Shown here: positions 19,590 through 28,348 of the stretch, in pieces
Layout of the letters: each line of letters opens with the position of its first letter
Numbering within the stretch: position 1 is the first letter of the stretch
Source: Dehalococcoidia bacterium
GTDB lineage: Bacteria; Chloroflexota; Dehalococcoidia; UBA6926
NCBI GenBank assembly: GCA_963666115.2
Contig: CAXXET010000007.1
Location: 128,001-192,000, forward strand
Reading direction: 5' to 3'
Length of the DNA stretch: 64,000 nucleotides
The notes under the pieces: generated by a model
Told to the model about the DNA's origin: nothing
What the model saw: the letters and a program-made list of their open reading frames with translations, nothing else
Databases searched by the model: none
Program-made: the position numbers and the translations under genes

Positions 19590-20768
19590 CTACCCTGTCG
19601 GCGCAGGCCCGAGCACGCGATACCCCTGGTTCTCCTCGGTGCGGTCGGCAACCGGTAGAATCTCGATCACGACGTTGGAGAGGCCCACAACCTCGCCGCG
19701 CGAGTCGAATGAGTAGTTGTTGCCGATCGTGCCGCTCCACGTAACCTCATAGAGGCAGTCGCGGAACGCGTCCGCGTCCTGGTCGTCCTCCGTCTCCTTC
19801 AGGCATTCCGCAGTGATGTACACGCTGTCATACGCGGAACCCAGGTACCACGGCAGCGTCACGTAGTTGTACCGCGCCCGGAAGGCCTGCAGAACGCTCT
19901 GTCCCTTGTCATTGGCAGGGTCAAGATCCGCGATCACCGCCTTCAGTCCCGTCGCCGCCTCGCCCGCAACCTCAAGCGACGTCGAGCCGATGGACACAAC
20001 CTCGCTGTAGATCGGCTTGTCAAACCCGATCTCGCGCGCCTGCTTGATGATTGAGCCTGCGCTGGCCTCCGCCTGCGCCGCCACCAGCAGCGCGTCCGGA
20101 TTCACCTCGCGCAGCAGGGTCAACTGCGTCCTGAAATCCAGTGTCTCCGTCTGGTAACGCTCCAGGCCGACGACCCGCCCGCCAAGAGCCTCAAACCGAT
20201 CGGAAACACCGCGCCGCACTCCCTCCGCATAGTCCGTCGACTCGGAGATCGTGGCCAGCGTCTGGATGCCGTCTGCCCACAGCAGGTTGCCCGTCTCGAT
20301 GCCCAGCTTCTCATCGCTGATCGCGGTGCGGAAGATATAGTCGCCCGCGTCCGCGATATCCGGGTTCGTCGCCGATGACGAGAACAGAACCACGCCATCC
20401 TCCTCGGCCAGGGGCGCCGCGCCCAGCATCGCGCCGCTGCAGGACGTGCCGAGAATGATCTTGATGTCATCCACGTCCGTCAGCTTGTTGTACGCCGTGA
20501 TTGCGTCCTGGGCGTTGCACTTGGAGTCCTCGGCAACCAGCTCGAGCGGCGTGCCGTTGATGCCGCCGTCCTCGTTGATCTCCTCCATCGCCAACTGCAT
20601 GGCCCGGTGGGAGAGGTTCCCGTACGTTTCGCCGGGGCCGGTAAGCGCCGCCATAACGCCGATGCGGTAGGTCTCCGGTTCATCGTCCCCGGTACAGCCC
20701 GCGGCAGCGCCGATGATCAGCATGCAGGACATAACGAGCAGAAGTGGCGCGATAATCGGGTGCTTCAT
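19590..20768 (-). CDS. Branched-chain amino acid ABC substrate-binding lipoprotein (LivJ-like)
   Basis: Lipobox AAGC; RIGVMAALTG, EINEDGGINGTPLELVAEDS, GDYIFRT. Confidence 0.92.
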   Translation of the reverse strand: MKHPIIAPLLLVMSCMLIIGAAAGCTGDDEPETYRIGVMAALTGPGETYGNLSHRAMQLAMEEINEDGGINGTPLELVAEDSKCNAQDAITAYNKLTDVDDIKIILGTSCSGAMLGAAPLAEEDGVVLFSSSATNPDIADAGDYIFRTAISDEKLGIETGNLLWADGIQTLATISESTDYAEGVRRGVSDRFEALGGRVVGLERYQTETLDFRTQLTLLREVNPDALLVAAQAEASAGSIIKQAREIGFDKPIYSEVVSIGSTSLEVAGEAATGLKAVIADLDPANDKGQSVLQAFRARYNYVTLPWYLGSAYDSVYITAECLKETEDDQDADAFRDCLYEVTWSGTIGNNYSFDSRGEVVGLSNVVIEILPVADRTEENQGYRVLGPAPTG

Positions 20769-20805
20769 CTCTTCCTCCTTGCGTACCGGCGGCTCGTCTG
20801 AAACA

Positions 20806-20882
20806 TGGTGGGCGATAGAGGATTTGAACCTCTGACCTCAGCGATGTCAACGCTGCGCTCTAACCAACTGAGCTAACCGCCC
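20806..20882 (-). tRNA. tRNA-Val (anticodon GAC)
   Basis: Reverse complement GGGCGGTTAGCTCAGTTGGTTAGAGCGCAGCGTTGACATCGCTGAGGTCAGAGGTTCAAATCCTCTATCGCCCACCA. Confidence 0.97.
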
Positions 20883-20957
20883 ACGCCACCCGTATCATGC
20901 GCGTTGCCGCAACACTGTGCGGGTGAGATTCATTCTATGTATGCCGCGCCCCTCCGT

Positions 20958-21872
20958 CTACCGCTCCCCAGCCACGTACCCGCTCTCCTCAAACAGCGTA
21001 CGCACCGGCAACCCGATGATCGACGCCACCCGCGCCTCCGGGTGCGTCTCCAGGTAAGACCGCACGATGGCGTAGCCGATCGAATACCCTGCCCACACCG
21101 GCACGCGGTCGTCGTCCCCGTACAGGTAGCGGCGAATCTCCAGCGGATCGGTATCGTTCAACCGGCTCTCCACGTTGGGCCAGATGGCGCGTTCAACCTC
21201 CGGCGCGAGCGCCCCGACCCAGTGCGGCCGGTGTTCCGGCACGATGCCGCCCGCAAAGGCATCGGCAATCCCCTCGGTCACCATCGCGTCCAGCAGGGTG
21301 TCCGGCTCATTGTTCTTGACGTAGATCATGCGCCCGCCGGTGAGGCCGCGCGGGAACAGCCAATTGCGGACAAGATGGACGTATTCGTGCGCCGTGATAT
21401 ACGCCAGCGTCTCCGTCCAGTTGTGCGCGGGCCACACGAATACGAGCGTCACGCCGGAGCCGAGGCTGACGCCGTTCGCGTATTGCAGGGCCTGGGTCAA
21501 CCCGCGGCTCTCGCCGTCCCCCATGAGGATGACGACGCGCGCCATGAGGTCCGGTCGCGGCAGGGCCTGTGAGCACCGGTAGAGCGTGTCTTCCACGATG
21601 CCGCGCGGCCCGGCGGCGTCCGCGGCGTTCACCGCGCGGATGAACGCGTTGAGCTCAGGATCGCCCGTCTGCGTCATCGTCCAGTGCTCGCCGATGTCGA
21701 TGAACGACGGCTGCTCCCCGGCCAGCAGGCGCCGGACGTAGAGCCGCAGCCGCTGCTTGAACAATTCCAGCGGGGGCTGCCCAACCTGGCCGAGGGCCTG
21801 TTCCGCGAAGTGCCCCTCCAGGCGGTACGCGGGAACCACCGTCATCTGACGCGGTAGCCGCCTGCCTGTCAT
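20958..21872 (-). CDS. DUF2268 family Zn-dependent protease
   Basis: AHEYVHLVR, TLLDAMVTEGIADAF, PVWAGYSIGY. Confidence 0.85.
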   Translation of the reverse strand: MTGRRLPRQMTVVPAYRLEGHFAEQALGQVGQPPLELFKQRLRLYVRRLLAGEQPSFIDIGEHWTMTQTGDPELNAFIRAVNAADAAGPRGIVEDTLYRCSQALPRPDLMARVVILMGDGESRGLTQALQYANGVSLGSGVTLVFVWPAHNWTETLAYITAHEYVHLVRNWLFPRGLTGGRMIYVKNNEPDTLLDAMVTEGIADAFAGGIVPEHRPHWVGALAPEVERAIWPNVESRLNDTDPLEIRRYLYGDDDRVPVWAGYSIGYAIVRSYLETHPEARVASIIGLPVRTLFEESGYVAGER

Positions 21873-21918
21873 GGCGAGTTGCGCGCGGACGTGGCGAGCG
21901 GTCGCACGGGCAGCGGCT

Positions 21919-24139
21919 CTACCCGATTGCGCCGGACTCCTCGAGCCCCGCGTATTCCTCGTCGGACATCCCCAGGATGCCGGTCAGTACCTCCCGCGTG
22001 TGCAGGCCGGGCGTGGGCGCGCCCATGCGAACACTGCCCGGCGACTCGCTGAATTTGATCGTCATGCCCGGGTGCTCGACGGGGCCCGGCACGTTGTGAT
22101 TCACTTCAACGACATAGCCGCGAGAGCGAAGCTGTGGATCGAGGTACAGATCCTCGCCGGTGGCCGCCATGCCCGCCGCAACCCCGGCGCGTTGGCACGC
22201 GTACATGACCTGGTGCGCCGAGCGGGTTTGCGTCCACGCCGTGATCTCTTCATCCAGGGCGTCGTGGTTCAACTGCCGATCCGCGAACGTTGCGAAACGC
22301 GGGTCGTTGACGAGTTCAGGCCGCCCAATCACCTCCGCCAGCGCGTGCCATGACGCGTTGTCGTCGTCCGGGCATGAGATGGCGCACCACCGGTCGCCGC
22401 CCCCGCACTCATAGACGCCCTGTGGCGCGGCGTTCGGGTCGCGATTGCCCCATGCCTCCGCGGACTCCGCCCCGAACTGCGTCTCGAGGAACGCGAGGCC
22501 GATCATGCTAGCGGCGGCCTGGAACTGCGGAATCTCAATGTACTGCCCCTGCCCCGTGCGCTCGCGGAAATGCAGCGCCGCCATGATCGACAACGCAAGG
22601 TTGCCGGCGGTGATGAAGTCCGGGTAGGCGTTCCTGCCGCGCGCGGGCCATTGCGCGTCCGGCTGCGCCCACAAATAACCCAAGCCGGTGAACGAGGTCA
22701 GGCACTGGCCGACTGCTGTAAAATTTCGCATCGGCCCCATCGCGCCGTAGCCGGGGCAGCTCACCATGATCAGGCGCGGGTTGACCCGCTTGAGCGCGTC
22801 ATAGTTGATGCCGAATCGGTCGATCGCGCCCGGCGCGTTGTTCTCCACGACCACATCCGCCTCCGCCGCAAGCCGCCTGAACAACTCCTGCCCGTCCGGC
22901 GTATGCAGATCAATGGCGATAGACCGCTTGTTGCGGTTGTTCTCGCCATAGGCCGCGTTGGTGCTGCGCCATGCCGTCGGGTTGCGCTCGCGGTCGTGAA
23001 CCCGCCCGTCCGGGAACTTGGTCGATTCGACCTTGATGACGTCCGCGCCGTAGTCGGCGATGAATCGCGTGCCGAACGGCGCGGCCCACACCCGCTCGAA
23101 TGCGAGTATCCGCACGCCGTCCAGCGGTAGGCGGGATTCCCGCGCTCCGTTCGACGCGCCCACCGGAACCGCCTGGCGCTCGGCGGGCGCGGTCCCAAGA
23201 ATCTCATCCTGGTGCTGCCCCAGCAGGGGCGCGGGGCGGCGGACGCTCAGGGGGCTCGCGCCGAAACGCGCCGTCCCGCCCGGGATCTTGTATTTGCCCA
23301 GGACGGGATGCTCCATCGGCGAGAAGAAACCGTACACCTCCGCGTGCGGGTGCGCGGCGAAATCCGCCGGCGTATTCGCGGGCGCAACTGTGACGTGCCT
23401 CTCCACGCCGCCGCCCAGGTACTCCTCCGCTGTCATCGAACTGATGAAATCCTTGGCGATGGCCTGGATGCGGTCTGTCTTGTCGTCCCGCCCGCTTAGC
23501 TCGCGCATGGCGGGGTCGAGCAAAAACGGGTCGGCAACCCAATTGGCGAACTCAACCCACTGGCGCGGCGAGGTCAGCGCAAGCTGCACCCACACGCCGT
23601 CGGACGCCTGGAAATACTGGGTGGGGCCGGTGCCGCCCTTGCTGCCGCGCCGCCGAGTAAACGGAGCCGCTCAATGCGGTGACGGCTATATCCGCTCCAA
23701 CAAAGTCTCGGTACGGGCCTGTGCGACCAAAGGGCGTGATGGACGTGACGACAATGGCGGGATTGACGGCGGCGAGATCGTCGTAGCCGAGGCCGCGCGC
23801 CTCCATCTCGCCGGGATGCCCGGATTCGAGAACAACGTCCGCGTCCCTGACCAGTTCAAGAAAACGCGCCTTGTCCTCCGCCGAATCGAGATCGAGCGTG
23901 ACCCCGCGCTTGTTGGTGTTGAAATGGATGAAGAACAGGCTGTTGTCCGGCCCGGCCTCCCCGTGAGCGAACGGGGCCATGCGCCGCGACGGGCTGCCGG
24001 ACGGCGGCTCGACCAAAATCACGTCCGCGCCCAGGTCGGCGAGAATGCGCCCGCACGGCTGCCCCTGCGGCCCCGTGAGGTCAAGCACGGTCAGCCCGCT
24101 GAGCGCCCCAGTTTCGCCTGCGCTCGTCCCGTTCGTCAT
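21919..24139 (-). pseudogene. Tandem-domain CaiB/BaiF CoA-transferase with internal deletion/frameshift near 23655
   Basis: Two CaiB domains (LADLGADVILVEPP..NTNKRG and ADYGADVIKVE..NRNKRS). The first domain jumps from ALSGSVY to GGTGPTQYFQASDG in another frame. Confidence 0.8.
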
Positions 24140-24215
24140 GGCATCCTCACTTCAAAGCTTCACCGAAAGCTCACGCACAGAATAGGAGCGCCCGCCCAAA
24201 GCGTCAACGCAACGC

Positions 24216-24249
24216 GTGTCATTCTGAGCGCAGCGAAGAATCCAAAGCC
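24216..24249 (+). repeat. REP-like repeat, 34-bp exact copy of 8087-8120
   Basis: GTGTCATTCTGAGCGCAGCGAAGAATCCAAAGCC at both loci. Confidence 0.9.
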
Positions 24250-24300
24250 ACCAATTGCTCGCCAACTTTGCTTCCACAACCGACGCCTTAAACTGACATC

Positions 24301-25443
24301 ATGAGCAAAACAGTAATGCTCCTGACGACGGTCGCCCTTCTCCTAACCGCCTGCGCCAACGGCGCCGCCCAACCAACGTCACCACCCCCCACAGCCCTGC
24401 CGCCCCCAACCCCCGCCGCCCCCAACCAGGACATGGACGTCGTAACAGTCCTCGAAAAAGACGCCATCCCCGCCATCCGCTCGCCGGAGTTCGTGGACGT
24501 TGACGCCGCCGAGTCGTGGATGAACCCCGATGAGCCGATCATCAGCGTCGAAATCGACGGCGACGCCCGCGCCTATCCAACCGCCATGCTCAGCCGCCAC
24601 GAGATTGTGAACGACACCGTGGGAGGCGCGCCGATTGCGGTGACGTGGTGACCCCTCTGCTACACGGCCATCGTGTATGGCCGAGAGGTGGACGGGCAGT
24701 TGCTGACCTTCGGCGTCTCCGGCAAGCTCATCCTCAACAACCTCGTCATGTTCGACGACCAGACGGACTCCGAGTGGAGCCAGGCATACGGCGCGGCCAT
24801 CTCCGGCCCCCTAGAGGGCGCGGAACTCGAACTGGTCGCATCGCGGCTAATGTCATGGGAGGCGTGGAAAAGCCTCTACCCGGACACCCTCGTGCTTGAC
24901 AAGCGAGGCCTCTACCGCCGAGACAACTACGACACGTACTACACGAACCCGCAGGCCGGAATCCTGGGCCGGAGCATCAATGACCGGAGGCTCGGACTAA
25001 AAGACCTCGTCCTCGGCATAGAAATCGGCGAGGCACAACGCGCCTACCCCTACGACGCCCTGGCCGAAACGCCGATAGTGAACGACACTCTCGCCAACCA
25101 CGAAATCGTAGTAATCCACGAACCGGACGCAGGCTTCGCCGCAGCCTACAGCCGCCGCCTAAACGATGCCGCCCACGCAATAGCCCAAGGCCCCTTCGGC
25201 ATGAACGCCCCAAAAAACCTGACCTTTGAGCAGGCCAACGCGGCTCAGTTGGGGAACGACCCAACAGTCTCCAGCCCCGTAATGCGAGACCGCGAAACAG
25301 CCTCAATCTGGAGCGCCTACACAGGCAAAGCAATCTCCGGCCCGCTCGAAGGCGCAACCCTAACCCAAATCCCGACCACCCCATCATTCTGGTTCGCCTG
25401 GGCAGACCTATTCCCGGATACGGGGGTGTGGGGAGAGGAGTAG
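24301..25443 (+). CDS. DUF3179 family selenolipoprotein (in-frame TGA at 24649-24651, W-U-P-L-C)
   Basis: ORFs 24301 and 24673 are in the same frame. KDAIPAI..RAYP..HEIVND..VTW*PLCYT..FGVSGKL..NLVMFD..WFAW. Lipobox LTAC. Confidence 0.9.
24654..24688 (+). promoter_or_regulatory. Putative bacterial SECIS element
   Basis: Lower stem CCTCT/AGAGG, upper stem CGGCCAT/ATGGCCG, loop CGTGT starting 20 nt after the TGA. Confidence 0.7.
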
Positions 25444-25477
25444 GATAGACGCCCCCGCCACACACCCCACCCCGCCG

Positions 25478-25505
25478 CGTCATTCCCGCGAAAGCGGGAA
25501 TCTAG
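25478..25505 (+). repeat. ATTCCC-N8-GGGAAT palindromic repeat
   Basis: CGTCATTCCCGCGAAAGCGGGAATCTAG. Confidence 0.85.
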
Positions 25506-25541
25506 GACGCATTACGCCAACCGTGCCCGACTCCCAGCAGA

Positions 25542-26240
25542 CTACCCCCTTAGCCGCACAGTAGTCTGCGTACCTTCCCCTCCCACTTCAAATCTGTCAG
25601 GGGCTGATCTGATGAGTTGCGTCAACTGCTTATGACCATAGTCGCTGGGCGTAAAGCCTTCCCTAAGGCGGCGCAGCGTAGTACCAACATCGGCCATGCG
25701 CGCCCAGCCATTATCCTTCGCTGTCGCCTCGATTGCCTGCCTCGTAAGTTCAATCCATCCCATCGAGGAAGGTTCCTCTTTGCGAGTCTCAGCCTTTTCC
25801 CCTGGCGCCAAGGTCTCCGTCACGACAAAAATGTCACATGCGCTCTTGAAAGCATCGGGGGTGTTATCTCGCCCAATGCCCATTGCAAACAAGCCCTGCT
25901 GACGAATTCGAGTTGCTAATCGAGTGAAATCGCTGTCGCTTGAGACGATACAGAACCCTTGCACGGACCCTCCATGCAGGATGTCCATGGCGTCGACTAT
26001 CAGGGCAATATCCGTCGAGTTCTTTCCCTTGACGGTGTTGAATTGCTGTACAGGCTGGAGCGCATGAAGATTGAGGACATCCTTCCAACTCTTCATGGTG
26101 GACCCCGCCCAATCCCCATAGACCCGCCGCGTCGTGACAGCCCCATGCTTGGCAGCCTCGGCTAGGATCTCCTCAATGATCGACGCTTGAGCATTGTCCC
26201 CGTCAATCAACACGGCAATCCGTCGCGATTCAGTAGTCAT
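25542..26240 (-). CDS. NYN domain protein with C-terminal OST-HTH/LOTUS domain
   Basis: IAVLIDGDN, RRVYGDW, GKNSTDIALIVDAMD, VSSDSDF; GWA..F.P.DYGHKQL. Confidence 0.92.
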   Translation of the reverse strand: MTTESRRIAVLIDGDNAQASIIEEILAEAAKHGAVTTRRVYGDWAGSTMKSWKDVLNLHALQPVQQFNTVKGKNSTDIALIVDAMDILHGGSVQGFCIVSSDSDFTRLATRIRQQGLFAMGIGRDNTPDAFKSACDIFVVTETLAPGEKAETRKEEPSSMGWIELTRQAIEATAKDNGWARMADVGTTLRRLREGFTPSDYGHKQLTQLIRSAPDRFEVGGEGTQTTVRLRG

Positions 26241-26280
26241 GCACCAGATTCTAGCTGATGGCCAACCTCTCCGCGAACAA

Positions 26281-27189
26281 TCACTGCGTCGCCCGGCCTC
26301 TCCCCGTCCCACCCCCCACCATATCCGCCACGGATGCCCCCAATGCGTCCGCTATCCGGGACAGCGCCCCGAACGATAGATTCTGCCTCCCGTTCTCAAC
26401 CAGGCTGATGTAGGTTCGATCCAGACCGCACGCCTCCGCCAGTTCCCTCTGGGTCATCCTCCGACGCGAGCGCATCGCGCTGATGGTCGACCCAAGCGCG
26501 CCGAGCTGCTGCTCCAAGCTCGGCTTGACGCTCCCAAGCCCCACAAGCCGCCGGCCCTCACTGACCGCCTCAGGAGCGGCGTGCGCTATCGCGTCGCAGC
26601 CCAGAGATGCCGCCGTCACGCTCTGCCCCGCCAAAGCCTGCCCGCCGAGGATGATCCGGGGCGCCGAATCTCCCAACGCTCGAATCTCATTGGACGCCCG
26701 CGTCACGCGCGGCAGGGAACCCGGTAGCGTGGCAGACAGCGCGACCAAATCGGCAGCGCGGTCCCGCGCGAAGCGCGCCAGATCCTCGCCCGGCGTCCCC
26801 ACCCCCAGGAAGTCCACGTCCCACCCGTCCATCGCAAAGAACTCCGCCACGAAACGCGCCCCGATGCTGTGCGGATCTCCCTCCGGCGGCGTCACCACAA
26901 CCCGCAGCCCATTGCCGGGGCCTGGCGTCCGCCTCCGGCTCAGCGCGTCCAGCACGCCGAGGGTGATCGTCGTCGCCAGGTGCTCCTGCGCAACGTTGAG
27001 CAGTCCGCTCCGCCACCGTTCGCCAATCCTGGCCTGTGAGGGCGCAAGCACGTCCAGGCAGATGGCCGCAGCGCCCGCCCCCCCGCTCAGGGCGTGGTCG
27101 ATCACCGAGTGCGCCAGCGCGGCCTGCCCGGCCACCAGGGCATCCAGGTATCTCTCCCGGGCCTCCGACAACTGCGTGTGCCCTTCCAC
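26281..27189 (-). CDS. Cobalamin-binding (CarH-type) domain fused to C-terminal XRE HTH regulator
   Basis: W-x9-EH (WRSGLLNVAQEH), GDPHSIG, LVALSAT, ILGG; C-terminal MTQRELAEACGLDRTYISLVENGRQNLS. Confidence 0.88.
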   Translation of the reverse strand: MEGHTQLSEARERYLDALVAGQAALAHSVIDHALSGGAGAAAICLDVLAPSQARIGERWRSGLLNVAQEHLATTITLGVLDALSRRRTPGPGNGLRVVVTPPEGDPHSIGARFVAEFFAMDGWDVDFLGVGTPGEDLARFARDRAADLVALSATLPGSLPRVTRASNEIRALGDSAPRIILGGQALAGQSVTAASLGCDAIAHAAPEAVSEGRRLVGLGSVKPSLEQQLGALGSTISAMRSRRRMTQRELAEACGLDRTYISLVENGRQNLSFGALSRIADALGASVADMVGGGTGRGRATQ

Positions 27190-27215
27190 TGCCCCTCACC
27201 CTTGCCAATCGGCTG

Positions 27216-27240
27216 ATGTCGTGTATATTATACATGATAT
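27216..27240 (-). promoter_or_regulatory. AT-rich imperfect palindrome containing a TATAAT -10 box (putative operator)
   Basis: ATGTCGTGTATA-T-TATACATGATAT (10/12 symmetric); TATAAT on the minus strand at 27227-27232. Confidence 0.6.
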
Positions 27241-27505
27241 GAGGGATTGAGTGAGTCTTACTCGACTCCTGGAGCGTTGTTATCTAGTCCAGGCGCCAGT
27301 CGCCTGAACCGGGGCGGCCCTTCTCCTCCTCCTTTGCGAATCCCGTTCGTTTCCCCCCACCGCATGAATCGAACCGGGTCGCGAGGGACGGGCCGCCCCA
27401 TCTCTCCCCCGCCTTCCTCCCCAACCCATCCCGCCCCGCGCTTGCTACAATAGCCCCATCGGTTGGGGGTAGAGTGACACGCCACGGGGCAGGAGGGACT
27501 GGGAC

Positions 27506-28348
27506 ATGACCGCCACGCAAGTTCAGGAAAAGCACGTCACCGTCAACGGGGTGAAGCTCCGCTATTTCGACTACGGCAATGAGGGCGCGATGCCCATGGT
27601 CTGCCTGCACGGCCACACCGGACAGGCACATATTTGGGACGAGTTCGCGGAGGCCATGGCGCCAAACTTCCACGTCGTCGCCGTCGATCAGCGCGGACAC
27701 GGCGGCAGCGAGCACGCCTCCACCGGCTACGCGCGTGACCGCTTCGTCGAGGATTTGGATGAGCTGGTCGTCGCGCTGGGCTTTAATCGATTCGTACTGG
27801 TCGGCCTCTCCATGGGCGGCTGGCACTCCCTGCTCTACACGGGCGAGAAGCATCCCGAGAAGGTGGAGCGCATCGTCATCGTTGACATCGGGCCGGAGCC
27901 CAGCGAGCGGTCAAAGGTGGAGTGGGGCGACCGCCCCCCGACGCCAATGTCCTTCGCCAGCGTCGATGAGGCCTTCGCGTGGGCCCGCGAGGGCAACCCC
28001 TGGGCGGCCGGGGCGCGGCTCCGCAAGGACATCGAGGATAAGGTGAAGCAGACGCCGGACGGGTCATGGACGTGGAAGGCGGACGCCGCCCTGTTCAACG
28101 TCCCCCTCGCGGACGGCACGGATGAGACCCTGATCAACCGCTACTGGAAGGCGATTGAGACCATTGAGCAGCCGATCCTGGAGGTTCGCGGGCTGGAAAG
28201 CCCCCTGATCGACGACCTGATCAAGGACAAAATGCTCGCCGCAGCCAAAAACATGTCCTGGGTGGACGTCCCAAACGCAGGCCACGTCGTCACGGTGGAC
28301 AAGCCACAGGAGTTCATCGCCGCCACCCGAGAGTTTTTGGGGGTCTAG
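27506..28348 (+). CDS. Alpha/beta hydrolase
   Basis: CLHG, DQRGHGGS, GLSMGG nucleophile elbow, AGHVV. Confidence 0.93.
   Translation: MTATQVQEKHVTVNGVKLRYFDYGNEGAMPMVCLHGHTGQAHIWDEFAEAMAPNFHVVAVDQRGHGGSEHASTGYARDRFVEDLDELVVALGFNRFVLVGLSMGGWHSLLYTGEKHPEKVERIVIVDIGPEPSERSKVEWGDRPPTPMSFASVDEAFAWAREGNPWAAGARLRKDIEDKVKQTPDGSWTWKADAALFNVPLADGTDETLINRYWKAIETIEQPILEVRGLESPLIDDLIKDKMLAAAKNMSWVDVPNAGHVVTVDKPQEFIAATREFLGV

Noticed and set aside
27245-27400. Cobalamin, ZTP or SAM riboswitch upstream of the B12-binding regulator
   Set aside because: No B12 box. GACTGGCG is present but the ZTP 3' CGCCTGGG element is missing. No SAM-I core.
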